Origin: Candidatus Heimdallarchaeota archaeon
GTDB lineage: Archaea > Asgardarchaeota > Heimdallarchaeia > JABLTI01
Direction of reading: 5' to 3'
Assembly (NCBI GenBank): GCA_019058275.1
Contig: JAHLVW010000053.1
Span: forward strand, 33,361-97,360
DNA length: 64,000 nucleotides
Shown here: positions 42,468 through 52,994 of the stretch, one piece after another
How the letters are laid out: every line of letters begins with the position of its first letter
Numbering within the stretch: position 1 is the first letter of the stretch
The notes under the pieces: generated by a model
Told to the model about the DNA's origin: nothing
What the model saw: the letters and a program-made list of their open reading frames with translations, nothing else
Databases searched by the model: none
Translations under genes and position numbers: made by a program

Positions 42468-43481
42468 TCAATATGCTTTGCTCATATCCATACTCAATTC
42501 TGAAAAAATCTTGTCAATTTGCTTTACTAGTTTATTTGATAGTGGTCCTAATTCCATTGCCTTCGCATTGTCCTCTACTTGTTTCACATTCTTAAATCCT
42601 GGAATTGGAACTATATGTTCATGTTTTGCTAAAATGTAATCCAGTGCAGCTTGTGCTAATGATCTTCCATCACTTGTCATTAATTCCTTAATAGCATTCA
42701 TTGCTTCGAATGTCTTCTTATATCTTTCATCACTAAAGTTCACTCTTTGTAAATAATGATCCTTTGATGATTGACTCTTTTCGTTATACTTCCCAATTAA
42801 AATACCCATACCAAGTGGTGATCTAATTAATCCACCAATTTTGTGCTCATCTAACAATTCTAACATTGGAGTGTTTGAACGAGTGAAGTTAATGGAAAAT
42901 TGCATTGAGGAACAATTTTTACTATCAGCAAAATTCTTTGCACGTTCAGTTGAATCTGTACTCCAACCATAGGTACGAATTAGCCCCTCTTCAACTAAAT
43001 CTTCTAAAACATCTCGTACTCCAGCAGCTTCTTCAATTTTCATTGATGACCAGTGTAGTTGGTAAATGTCAATGTAATCTGTTTGTAATCTCTCGAGACT
43101 TTCTAAACAACAATTCTTGATATATTCAGGAGTAATGTTCTTCTCTCCTGTTGATTGGCAAGGTACTTTTGGATCACCGGAATTCATATCCCAAACTGAG
43201 CTGAATTTTGTAGCAATGACAACCTCATCCCTTCTTTCTTTTATTGCTTTGCCAAGTAGCAATTCACTTCTACCACATCCGTAAACATCTGATGTATCAA
43301 AGAGATTGATTCCTAAATCCAATCCTTTTTGAATTGCTTCAATTGCATCTTTTTCATCAACATGACCATGTGACCAAGGTTCTCCTATGTGGTAAAATAA
43401 TCCACCAATAGGGAAACAGCCCAATCCTATAGCACTTACTTTAATGTTTGATTTACCTAAATTTCGAATCATCTTCATCAC
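42468..43481 (-). CDS. Aldo/keto reductase
   Basis: FDTSDVYG, IATKF, LQTDYIDIYQLH, PIPGFK. Confidence 0.93.
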   Translation of the reverse strand: MMKMIRNLGKSNIKVSAIGLGCFPIGGLFYHIGEPWSHGHVDEKDAIEAIQKGLDLGINLFDTSDVYGCGRSELLLGKAIKERRDEVVIATKFSSVWDMNSGDPKVPCQSTGEKNITPEYIKNCCLESLERLQTDYIDIYQLHWSSMKIEEAAGVRDVLEDLVEEGLIRTYGWSTDSTERAKNFADSKNCSSMQFSINFTRSNTPMLELLDEHKIGGLIRSPLGMGILIGKYNEKSQSSKDHYLQRVNFSDERYKKTFEAMNAIKELMTSDGRSLAQAALDYILAKHEHIVPIPGFKNVKQVEDNAKAMELGPLSNKLVKQIDKIFSELSMDMSKAY

Positions 43482-44488
43482 TCCTTTACTTGAGATTGAT
43501 CAATTTGAATCTCAGAAAATAACTTGTCAATCTGACTGACGAGTTTATTTGATAATGGACCTAACTCAATAGCTTTAGAGTTTTCTTCAGCTTGTTTCAC
43601 TGTTTTAAAACCAGGAATTGGAATTAATCTATCATGTTTTGCAAGAATATAACCTAGTGAAGCTTGAACTAGTGTTCTACCATCATTAACTAGAAGCTCT
43701 CGCAATTCTTCTAAAACTATTCTTGTTTGCCCAATTCTACCTTCTGTAAAATCTTTCCCATGCCAATTGTGATCTCGAGGTACAGTTGAATCATCTTTGT
43801 ATTTCCCAGTTAGTAATCCTCCGCTTAGAGGATTTTTTATTAGACCAAAACCGTTGTTTTCATCAAGGGATTTAAACATCTCATTATTGCTATGAATCAT
43901 GTTTAATCGAAACTGTGCTCCAGCAAAATGCTTGCCATGAGCAAGTAATGCACTTCGATCAGGAAAATCTGTGCTCCATCCATAGTATCTTATCTTTCCT
44001 TCACTTACAAGTTCCTCCAATGTATCAACAACTACTACTCCTTCTTCTGGAGTCATATTTCCTGAATGAACTTGATAGAAATCAATATAGTTAGTTTGGA
44101 GATTCTCTAAGCTGATATCACAAGCTTTTCGAATACCTTCTGGAGTAATATCCCTACCAATTAATCGCATAGGAACATCAGAATCACCAGAGTTGAAATC
44201 CCAAACGGTTCCAAATTTAGTAGCAATTACAAAATCCTCTCTTCTTCCTTTCAAAACTTTTTCAAGAACTTTCTCGCTTCTTCCGCCACCATAAGCGTTG
44301 GCAGTATCAAATAGATTAACACCTAATTCTATTCCACGTTCTAAGGCTTGTATAGATTCTTCATCTTTAACTTGACCATATGATATAATACGACCACCAC
44401 TATGATAAAATGGTCCTCCAATTACCCAACAACCCATACCAATCGAACTAACCTTCAAATTTGTTTTTCCTAGTATTCTTGTTTTCAT
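43478..44488 (-). CDS. Aldo/keto reductase
   Basis: MKTRILG start, FDTANAYG, IATKFG, PIPGFK. Confidence 0.93.
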   Translation of the reverse strand: MKTRILGKTNLKVSSIGMGCWVIGGPFYHSGGRIISYGQVKDEESIQALERGIELGVNLFDTANAYGGGRSEKVLEKVLKGRREDFVIATKFGTVWDFNSGDSDVPMRLIGRDITPEGIRKACDISLENLQTNYIDFYQVHSGNMTPEEGVVVVDTLEELVSEGKIRYYGWSTDFPDRSALLAHGKHFAGAQFRLNMIHSNNEMFKSLDENNGFGLIKNPLSGGLLTGKYKDDSTVPRDHNWHGKDFTEGRIGQTRIVLEELRELLVNDGRTLVQASLGYILAKHDRLIPIPGFKTVKQAEENSKAIELGPLSNKLVSQIDKLFSEIQIDQSQVKE

Positions 44489-44507
44489 TTCTATCCCATC
44501 TTTATTG

Positions 44508-44569
44508 TTCAAAGTGAATTTGAACTATTCAAATATTAATTGAACGGTACCGTTCAAGTAACTATTGAA
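44508..44569. promoter_or_regulatory. Three tandem TTCAA-N7-TTGAA operators in a divergent promoter
   Basis: Copies at 44508, 44528 and 44553; perfect 18-bp palindrome TTGAACGGTACCGTTCAA at 44540-44557. Confidence 0.8.
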
Positions 44570-44629
44570 TGGTCGAAACATATATATTTCGGTTAGGATT
44601 CTAAAAGTAGAAATGAAGAAGGTGTATCC

Positions 44630-45316
44630 ATGAGCAAGAAAAGCAGTAAAAAAGAGCTTGAGAAAAAGGAACTACTATACAGCTATTGGAATAAATTACC
44701 TTTAGTAGTAAGTATTGATATTCCATATGATGAAGTTTTTACACATGAAGTTCGAAATTTAATTATTTATTTCATAAGAAAAGGCAAGGAAGAAAAATGG
44801 TTTGAGGGGACGAAAAGAATAAGGCACGCTTTTTCAGCCAAAGAACTATTGGAAATGTCTAACAAAAAGCTCGATGAAAAAATGAAATTACAAAGTATGT
44901 ATTTTCATATACAAAAATTGCAGGAATTTGGCATAATTGATGCTGTTACTACATTACATAAAGGCAGACACAACATTGCTTATTTTGGTCGTACAGCTCG
45001 TGGATTTATATTTGAAAGTAAAAAAGAGAAATCAAAATATATTGACTATTTTGCTGAAGCAGGTAGATATGCAAAGGCATTAAATCCAGATGTTTCAGAA
45101 GCACAGTTCAAAGCATTTCTTGAAGAGTTTAAGTCAATTAACATTGAATCTGACAGAGATACAATTCAATGGTTGCAAGAAAGAGTAGATTTCATTAATG
45201 AAAATAATATTGATACTGCTACAATGTATAGCTTCCTTCGTAGAATTAATTATCAAAATCGCAAAATGACTACTTTATTGAAGAAAGTAGCTGATTTAAT
45301 AAGTTATGACATCTAG
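44630..45316 (+). CDS. Winged-helix (ArsR-like) transcriptional regulator
   Basis: SAKEL..LQSMYFHIQKLQEFGII..YFGRTAR; divergent from the AKR array. Confidence 0.75.
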   Translation: MSKKSSKKELEKKELLYSYWNKLPLVVSIDIPYDEVFTHEVRNLIIYFIRKGKEEKWFEGTKRIRHAFSAKELLEMSNKKLDEKMKLQSMYFHIQKLQEFGIIDAVTTLHKGRHNIAYFGRTARGFIFESKKEKSKYIDYFAEAGRYAKALNPDVSEAQFKAFLEEFKSINIESDRDTIQWLQERVDFINENNIDTATMYSFLRRINYQNRKMTTLLKKVADLISYDI

Positions 45317-45395
45317 TCAATCATTATAGTTACTTTTAAAAAAAAGATACTCAATTTATGTACGGATTAAACTATTTCTTTTAGGAATGTAAAAA

Positions 45396-46880
45396 ATGAA
45401 GTTTGGAAAAATAACTCCGGAGATAATTCAGGAGCTAAAAGATGCTGTAGGCAAGGATATTGTCTTCGATGAAAAGATCCATCGAATGGCTTATTCACGA
45501 GATTGGTCTCCTCGAGATGATTCAAATACTCATTTGCCTGATCTCGTTGTAAGACCGAGAACAACAGAGCAAGCAGCAAAAATAGTTGAGATTGCTAATA
45601 AACATCGAATCCCAGTGACACCAATTGGTGGTTTAACTGGAATGGGTGGCGGAGCAGTACCGATTTATGGTGGAATAGCTTTTGAAACAAAAGGCATGAA
45701 CAAAGTCATTGAAATTGATGTTGCCAATATGACTGCAACTGTTCAAGCAGGAATTACCCTTTGGGACCTGAATCATGAAGCTAAGAAACATGGTCTTTAT
45801 TTACCTCAAGAGCCTGAAAGCAAAAAAGTAGTTACAATTGGATCTTCAATTACCTGCAATAATGATTCTGCTTTTGGTATAAGACATGGACGAATGATAG
45901 ACCATTTAACAAATGCTGTTATTATTACTGGTGAAGGGAAAATTGTTCGTGCTGGTCGCAGAAAAGCCATGTGCTCTAATTCTGGTTACCAATTGAATTG
46001 GTTACTAGTTGGTTCTGAAGGGACATTAGGGATTATTGTTGAAGCAACAGTTAAGCTAATTCCAGTTCAAAAGACTCGTATGGTTGATATGATCGTTTTT
46101 CCATCATTAACTGATTCTATGAATGCTATAAGAGACATTATGCATTCTGGTTTAGCCTTAGAATCTGCACACATTAATTGTAAAAAGCGTCTTAGTTTTT
46201 ACACTCATTCATATCGAAAAAAACATGGCAAGGAACCAGATATTCCTGAATGGGCAGAAGCACTACTAGGTATTTCATTTGCTAGTATGGAAGAAACAGA
46301 TAAAGTAGTAAAATTCTCTCGAGACTATGCCTTGAAAATCTGTGCAAAACATAAAGGATTACCAGTCAAAGAAGTGGAAATTACAGATGGTTGGTGGGCT
46401 TCTAAATACACAGTTATCTTCACACCCTTCAAGCAAAAATGGCCTGATTCACAAAGGGAGAAGAAATTTGGAGCGGTTGATTGTGGGATACCAATTGGTA
46501 GGATAGAAGAGGCATATGATGCATTCCTTAAAACCGCTGATAAATATAATCAGCAAATTCTTGGTATGTGCGTCTATCATGAAAGACCAAATAGATTGAG
46601 TCCAAGTATTAGTTTTGCAGTATTCGTTGATGATAAAGATCCTGAAAATGTTCAAGGATTTTACAAGTATGTCAGAGAAATGAGTGAAACAGCAATTAAA
46701 CTTGAAGGAACATCAGCAACCTACATTGGAGATTCAGAATTCAAAACACCTTGGATCGGTGAACTTGAACACCAAGAAGCCTATGACTATATGTTCAATA
46801 TAAAGAAAGTATTCGATCCCAATGGTATCATGAATCCTGGTAAGAAATTCCCAATCAAAATGTTTGGGTATGATGAGTGA
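45396..46880 (+). CDS. FAD-binding oxidoreductase (GlcD / D-lactate dehydrogenase-like)
   Basis: PDLVVRP, GGLTGMGGG, GSEGTLGII, FDPNGIMNPGK. Confidence 0.9.
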   Translation: MKFGKITPEIIQELKDAVGKDIVFDEKIHRMAYSRDWSPRDDSNTHLPDLVVRPRTTEQAAKIVEIANKHRIPVTPIGGLTGMGGGAVPIYGGIAFETKGMNKVIEIDVANMTATVQAGITLWDLNHEAKKHGLYLPQEPESKKVVTIGSSITCNNDSAFGIRHGRMIDHLTNAVIITGEGKIVRAGRRKAMCSNSGYQLNWLLVGSEGTLGIIVEATVKLIPVQKTRMVDMIVFPSLTDSMNAIRDIMHSGLALESAHINCKKRLSFYTHSYRKKHGKEPDIPEWAEALLGISFASMEETDKVVKFSRDYALKICAKHKGLPVKEVEITDGWWASKYTVIFTPFKQKWPDSQREKKFGAVDCGIPIGRIEEAYDAFLKTADKYNQQILGMCVYHERPNRLSPSISFAVFVDDKDPENVQGFYKYVREMSETAIKLEGTSATYIGDSEFKTPWIGELEHQEAYDYMFNIKKVFDPNGIMNPGKKFPIKMFGYDE

Positions 46881-48045
46881 ATTGAAAATGGAATTATCTA
46901 AAACTAAGAAACACAAAGATGAGATTTATACTTGCAATAGAACACGCTGTGGTTTCTGCATCCAGAGATGTCCTGTTTACGAAGTTACATGTTTAGAAAC
47001 CCACTCCTCCAGAGGAAGAAATCTGGTTGCTCGAGGAATAATGGAAGGAACTGTAGAAGTTGACAAAGAAGTAATAGATTTAGCTAATACTTGTTTACTC
47101 TGTGGTTACTGCGAAAAGAACTGCGCTCTTGATAACACTCAAATTTTCCGAGATTTCAAATCAGATCTAGTAGAAGCAGGTATGACAGATAAATATCTCG
47201 AAGAAGGAGTTGAATCAGTTAATAAGTATGGTAATCCTTTTAAAAAGCTTCCAGAGACTCGAGAGATTCCAGAGCTAAAATCCAATCCTAAAAGTAAAGT
47301 TTTGCTCTATGGTGGTTGTACTTATGCCATCACCCATAAAGAGACTTTGATACTCATGGCAGAATTGCTAGGTGATTATAAGTATCTTGGCAAAGATGAA
47401 CCTTGTTGCTTAAACATTCTTTGGGATTCCGGTCACAAGAAGGATTTCAAGAAGAAACAAAAAGAGGTTGTCAAAATTCTCAATGATGCCAATGTAGATG
47501 AACTTGTTACTGGCTGTCCGACTTGCTTTAGAACTTACGAAGAAGAATATGGTGAGATTCTCAAGCCAAAACCAATACATTTTGTTACTAAACTTCATCA
47601 AATGGTTAAAGATGGCAAATTAAAATTCGCAAGTAAAGAAAAAGTCAAAGTGACATGGCATGATCCTTGTCATTTAGGCAGATTTGGTGGTATCATTGAT
47701 GAACCACGAGAAATCATCAAAAGCGTAAAGAATGTTGAATTCGTTGAAATGCCTAATTCTGGTTTAGATAGTCACTGTTGTGGTGCAGGTTCTGGTATGC
47801 TTATGTCTTATCCAGAAATTGCTATTGAAATCTCTAAGAAGAGATATCGAGAGGCAGAATCAGTTGGTGCAGAGATAATACTCACATTTTGTCCAACATG
47901 CGAGCATACACTCAGAAGAGGAGCAAGCACTATTGCACGAGATGAAATGGAATTTGATGACGATTTTGATTTTGACAAAGAACCTGAACCCAAAATCAAA
48001 GTTATGAATCTCTTAGAATGGTTAGTAAAAAGGAAAGTAAAATAA
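46864..48045 (+). CDS. Fe-S oxidoreductase, GlcF/HdrD-like (CCG domains)
   Basis: CGFCIQRCP, CLLCGYC, HDPCHL, CCGAG, CPTC. Confidence 0.9.
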   Translation: MGMMSELKMELSKTKKHKDEIYTCNRTRCGFCIQRCPVYEVTCLETHSSRGRNLVARGIMEGTVEVDKEVIDLANTCLLCGYCEKNCALDNTQIFRDFKSDLVEAGMTDKYLEEGVESVNKYGNPFKKLPETREIPELKSNPKSKVLLYGGCTYAITHKETLILMAELLGDYKYLGKDEPCCLNILWDSGHKKDFKKKQKEVVKILNDANVDELVTGCPTCFRTYEEEYGEILKPKPIHFVTKLHQMVKDGKLKFASKEKVKVTWHDPCHLGRFGGIIDEPREIIKSVKNVEFVEMPNSGLDSHCCGAGSGMLMSYPEIAIEISKKRYREAESVGAEIILTFCPTCEHTLRRGASTIARDEMEFDDDFDFDKEPEPKIKVMNLLEWLVKRKVK

Positions 48046-48047
48046 TT

Positions 48048-49843
48048 TTACTTTTTCTTTCTTTTCTTATTAGTTAGCAAGATTATACAAGTTGTGAATG
48101 TAGTTAAACAAATTATTAGAGGTAAAGATAAACTAGATAACTCTGTTGTAGTACAATTTGCATAACAGAATCCAGCAGCTTCCATCTCAGCTTTTGCTAG
48201 ATCTATTGAATATTCATGTGGTTCAAGAGATTCATCAAATCCAAAACTAATACTTGGACAACCAGTAACACCCAATCGACCAGTTCCATTCATTATATCA
48301 TCAATTATCTGCTGTCTAGGAATAATATGACTAATAGCTTTTCGAATGTGTTTTGCAGATTCAGCTCCAGCTATTGGACATGCTTCTCCTGTTCCTAAAT
48401 ATACATGATTGTTATTTATTGATAGTTCATTTAAACTACCATCTTCAATTATTGTATATCATACCGTTCCAGGTATATCATCAATATCAAAATTAAAGTG
48501 TGCATCAACCATATCAACTATTCCTGAATCAAGAGCATTAAGAGCTGCTAGTGAAAAGCCATAGAATTCAAAGTAAATATCTTCAAAATATGAAGTAACA
48601 CCTGACCAATCATCGAAATAATCATTCCTTTTTAAGTGTATGAAATAGTTTGTATCGAAACTATAATTGTACAAATAGTAAGGTCCAGCTCCCATGATAT
48701 TGCTATCTAAAGAATCATCAGTAGCCCAAGTAATTGCTTGTGATTCTTGATCTTCAGGTAAAATGTTTTCCCAAATGTATTTTGGTATAATAGGAATTGC
48801 AATATTACTATCTTGGAAGACATAGTCTTGTAAGAAAGTAAGAGTGAGTTCAAACTCAGAAATAATATCAGTATTGGCGTCAATATATTGGTAATACAAA
48901 CCATAATCTGGTGGTTCTAAAGCAGGGTTAATAATCAATTTGTATGTATATTCTACATCAGAAGCATTCAAATATGTTCCATCAGCAAATCTAACATTTG
49001 GATTAAGCTGAACATCATATGTTAACCCATCCGTGCTACTATATGACGTAGCTATTTTTGGACGATAAGAATTATTATACGGATGTGCAGGATATCTTTC
49101 TATCAATCCAGTATAGATTTGATGAATCCATTGTTTGTCATAAACTGATTCAGTCATGAAAATATGGAAATCTTCAAAGTCTGATGGTACTGCATATTAA
49201 AAATCAGTTTGTCCTAGTATTGTCCAATTTTCCATTGATTGATAATCACGAGCCATAGATCACTATTCCAACTATTAGTATCAAAATTGATATCATGTGG
49301 GATAATGCTTAATAAGTCAACAATTGATATTGCAGGTAAATCTTCATATAATAATGATTGAATTTCTTTTCCCCATGGTATTCTATCTGTAACATTCCAT
49401 GATTGTTCATAATTGCTTATCAACCCATCCATTACAAGCTTACTATATTGATAGAAATTGTCACCCATAGTCGGAATTGATGAAGTATCAAAGAGCCCAT
49501 TTGGTGTATAGTCCATTCCAAAATTCCAACCGATAAAGAGTACATCATATCATCCTTCTGTATAAGTTGGAATTGGATATGGTCCTGGATAACCCTATGT
49601 TCTTGGTGAAATATACCTCCATCCAACGTGTTTAAATTCATCAATACCAATATCTATCTTCATTAATTCAGTTGTAATCAAAATTACCCAAGCACTTCTA
49701 TCAGTGTTTGTGTTAGGACAAAGTACAGTTATTGAAAAGAAAGGAGTTGGATTCTCAGTTTTTGTTCTTTTTACAATTAGTGTAGGTGCTAAAGCTATGC
49801 AAATTATTATAGCTACAGTAAATAGTTTTGAAATTCGTTTCAA
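48048..49843 (-). pseudogene. Second circularly permuted family-5 solute-binding protein, decayed
   Basis: Collinear with 33238-35022; stops TAG 49595, TGA 49550, TAA 49197, TGA 48459 and a frameshift near 49248. Confidence 0.88.
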
Positions 49844-50010
49844 AAAACAATATTCCCTCCTTTATGTTAGCATTATTTCTCTTCTATTCTTATAATTCTT
49901 TTTGAAGAATTTAATCCAAAGAAAACCACTCATGTTCAAAATAACTATAATTTTTTCTTGCTAGTTTTTCCTAGGTAACATTTTTCTAGAATTAAGCTAA
50001 TAACATTTTT

Positions 50011-50766
50011 ATGAACTATAAGAGAGCTTTAACTCGCAAACCTGGACCCAGTTTTGATCGTTGCATTTCTGATCATCCTCTTAAAAAATACTTGAATATT
50101 GGTCAAGCTCGTCGTCAACATGAAATCTACTGCAATACTCTTACAGATTTAGGTCTGGAAGTAATTACTCTTCCTCAAGAGGATAATTATCCTGATGCTT
50201 GTTTTGTTGAAGATACTGTTGTTGTTCATGGTAACAAAGCTTTCTTTACTCGTATGGCCAAGGAAAGTCGTCAAGGAGAAGAGACAGCAATCATAGAGGT
50301 TCTTGAGAACCATTTTAGAATTAAAACAGCTACTGCTCCAGCAACTATCGAGGGTGGAGATGTTATTCATCTTGATGACCGGCTTATTTGTGGTCTTACT
50401 CAAAGAACAAATTTAGAGGGAGTTAAGCAGATGAATAGATTTCTCGGAGTTCCTATAGATACTATTGCTGCTACTCACGTAATGCATCTTAAAAGCCATG
50501 TTACTTATCTTTGTAGAAATACGATTGCTGTTACTGAACCTTTTTCTAATCTAGCTGTCGTTCAAAACTTCAATCATGTAATTATTCCCAGTTTTGAAAA
50601 ATATGCCGCTAACACTTTAACAATTAATGATGTTGTTTTGATGCCCAAGATGTATCCTAAATCTCAGGATCGCGTTCGTGAAGCAGGTTTTGAAGTTATC
50701 CCAATTGATACTTCAGAATTTGAGAAATGTGGTGGAGCTCTAACCTGTCTTTCTATTCTTTTCTAA
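50011..50766 (+). CDS. Dimethylarginine dimethylaminohydrolase (amidinotransferase fold)
   Basis: PDACFVED, EGGDV, HLKS, GGALTCLS. Confidence 0.9.
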   Translation: MNYKRALTRKPGPSFDRCISDHPLKKYLNIGQARRQHEIYCNTLTDLGLEVITLPQEDNYPDACFVEDTVVVHGNKAFFTRMAKESRQGEETAIIEVLENHFRIKTATAPATIEGGDVIHLDDRLICGLTQRTNLEGVKQMNRFLGVPIDTIAATHVMHLKSHVTYLCRNTIAVTEPFSNLAVVQNFNHVIIPSFEKYAANTLTINDVVLMPKMYPKSQDRVREAGFEVIPIDTSEFEKCGGALTCLSILF

Positions 50767-50858
50767 ACCAATTCTACTTATTTGGTTTAAAAGTGAAAAA
50801 GATTTATTAGTTTGGAAAGAGTTATTGACTAGTTCCTTAAATTAGGAGTTATTATATC

Positions 50859-51116
50859 ATGACTGATACTAGAGATACCACTATGGGTACGGTTTCCCTT
50901 ATTTTCGCCATTCTTGGATGTGTCCAAGTATTGCCTTGCATTGGTCCACTTGTAGCTGTAATAACTGGTTACATGGCAAAAGGTACAGCTGGTGAATCTA
51001 ATGGTCGAATTGGTCGTATTCTTGGTTGGTTAATGATCTGTGCACCCTTAATTGTATTTGGTATCTGGGTTATACTTGTCTTCGTCCTTTGGGGCGGACA
51101 ATGGTGGCCATGGTGA
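50859..51116 (+). CDS. Small two-TM membrane protein (DUF4190-like)
   Basis: VSLIFAILG..AVITGY..GRILGW; AGGAG RBS. Confidence 0.75.
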   Translation: MTDTRDTTMGTVSLIFAILGCVQVLPCIGPLVAVITGYMAKGTAGESNGRIGRILGWLMICAPLIVFGIWVILVFVLWGGQWWPW

Positions 51117-51145
51117 CCATAGAAACAATTAGAATTCATATAATT

Positions 51146-51172
51146 GGGAGTGAATTATTCCTCCCCTTTTTC
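51146..51172 (+). terminator. Hairpin plus T-tract between convergent genes
   Basis: GGGAG..CTCCC stem followed by TTTTTT. Confidence 0.55.
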
Positions 51173-51191
51173 TCACATTAGAAAACAGATG

Positions 51192-51875
51192 TTATGCTTT
51201 TATCATAAATCTGAATAGTGATAAATCCTTCAGGGAATAAAATGATTGATCTTTTCTAGCATTTTCTTGTAGAGAAGGATCAATTAGTAAAGCCTTTTCA
51301 AGAGCAATTAGTGCTTCACTGAAATTATATTCTTCAGAATAGATAGTTGCTAAAGTATACCATGTTTCAGCACTTTCATCATCTAAGGTTGATGAATGTT
51401 CCATGCTTTCCAAGGCTTGATCATGATAACCTAAATTGTAATATGTTAATCCTAAATTATGCCAAGCAATTTCATTATATGGTTCTCTTTCTGTAAGTAA
51501 TTTGAAAGCATCTAAAGCATCTTCGAAATTCTCTAGAACATAAGCCATTTGTCCATATTTTCCGATAGCATTCAAACTATCAGGATTAATTTCGACTGCT
51601 TTACCATAATAATAGAATGCGTGTTCTATTTCACCTATGAGTTCATATGCTTGAGCAACCTTCATTAGAACTCTATAGCTATCATTTACTACTCTTTTTC
51701 GTAGAATCTTTTTCCAGCAATGAATTGCTTCTACATATTCTGCTTGTCTAAACAAAGCATCTGCTAGGAAGTTCAAATAAGAATATCGATTTGGTGATTT
51801 CCGAAGTAACTGCTTATAGTAAGCTATTTCGGATTCCTCGTTTTGAGGTTTTTTTTCTAACCTTCCTAGGGTCAT
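51192..51875 (-). CDS. TPR protein
   Basis: AWHNLGLTYYNLG, TWYTLATIY, KAVEINP. Confidence 0.9.
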   Translation of the reverse strand: MTLGRLEKKPQNEESEIAYYKQLLRKSPNRYSYLNFLADALFRQAEYVEAIHCWKKILRKRVVNDSYRVLMKVAQAYELIGEIEHAFYYYGKAVEINPDSLNAIGKYGQMAYVLENFEDALDAFKLLTEREPYNEIAWHNLGLTYYNLGYHDQALESMEHSSTLDDESAETWYTLATIYSEEYNFSEALIALEKALLIDPSLQENARKDQSFYSLKDLSLFRFMIKA

Positions 51876-52074
51876 ACGGCGTTTATCCTAGCATGCACTC
51901 TTCGCCATTATGAGAAATATTGGTCTACCTCGCTCCAGTTTCATGTTAATATAGTCTACAACCTATATAAACATAATTTTTAGTACGCTAATTATTATTT
52001 GGTCATAAAATATAGAAAATATAGTCTCTGAACTATCAGTAAGAACATTTTTAGAGAAAATTTTCACAATATTA

Positions 52075-52986
52075 GTGATGAAAATGAGTCAGAATCCAGT
52101 TGTTAAAGATGCATTTTTTAATTCTCTAACTGAGAGCCTTAATTTTGCTAATATGTGTGTTCTAGGTCTTCCTTGGGATAATTCTTCTACTTTCCGCAAA
52201 GGTGCAACACAAGGACCAGAATATATTAGACATGCAACTACAGGTAGTTTATACAACTCGTATGCTGAAACAGGTATTGATATAAAGAAGGTTTGGCAAA
52301 TATTTGATCTTGGAGATGCTCCAATATCTGATTTATCAGCAATTGAAGCTAAAGAAAATATCTTTCAGATTTTAAGTAAATATAATCAGTATAATATGCA
52401 TTACTTCTTTCTTGGTGGAGATCATTTATCGACTTATTTCAATTTTACTGCTTTAAAACGATTAGCTGACAAAAGATTAGGTTTGATTTACGTTGATGCT
52501 CATCCTGATTTATACGAACATTATGAGGGAAACCCTTACTCACATGCTTGTGTTGTGAGGAGAATAATTGATGAGACTAACATTGAACCTGAAACTATAT
52601 TCCAAGTAGGGATTAGAGCACCAACACCTGAACAAACAGAATTTGCAAAATCAGTAGGAATTAACACTATCACTACTAAAGATTTTCAATTAAATGGTGC
52701 AAAAGCAATCGCTGAAAGTATTAAAGCTAAAATTCCTAAATATCTTGATGGAGTTTATCTTTCAATTGACATGGATATTCTTGATCCTGCATATGCACCA
52801 GGTGTAGGTAATCCTGAATCTGCAGGTCTTACAACTCGAGAGCTAGTTGATTTTATCCAGGGTTTACAAGGAATAAAGTTACCAGCTTTTGATTTAGTAG
52901 AATACAGCCCAAAATTTGATTTTTCAGGGATAACAGCTTTTGCTACAGCTAAAATCATTAAAGAAGTTCTTAGTATCATAGTGTAA
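52075..52986 (+). CDS. speB: Agmatinase (ureohydrolase family)
   Basis: GGDHLST, DAHPD, SHAC, SIDMDILDP, VEYSP. Confidence 0.85.
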   Translation: MMKMSQNPVVKDAFFNSLTESLNFANMCVLGLPWDNSSTFRKGATQGPEYIRHATTGSLYNSYAETGIDIKKVWQIFDLGDAPISDLSAIEAKENIFQILSKYNQYNMHYFFLGGDHLSTYFNFTALKRLADKRLGLIYVDAHPDLYEHYEGNPYSHACVVRRIIDETNIEPETIFQVGIRAPTPEQTEFAKSVGINTITTKDFQLNGAKAIAESIKAKIPKYLDGVYLSIDMDILDPAYAPGVGNPESAGLTTRELVDFIQGLQGIKLPAFDLVEYSPKFDFSGITAFATAKIIKEVLSIIV

Positions 52987-52994
52987 ATTTGATA

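Noticed and set aside
24693-49843. Genome-wide stop-codon reassignment (TGA=Gly/Trp/Sec, TAG=Pyl/Gln)
   Set aside because: All three stops occur in-frame and replace different residues (TGA for both Arg and Gly). They co-occur with frameshifts, and many intact genes end in TGA or TAG at their expected C-termini.
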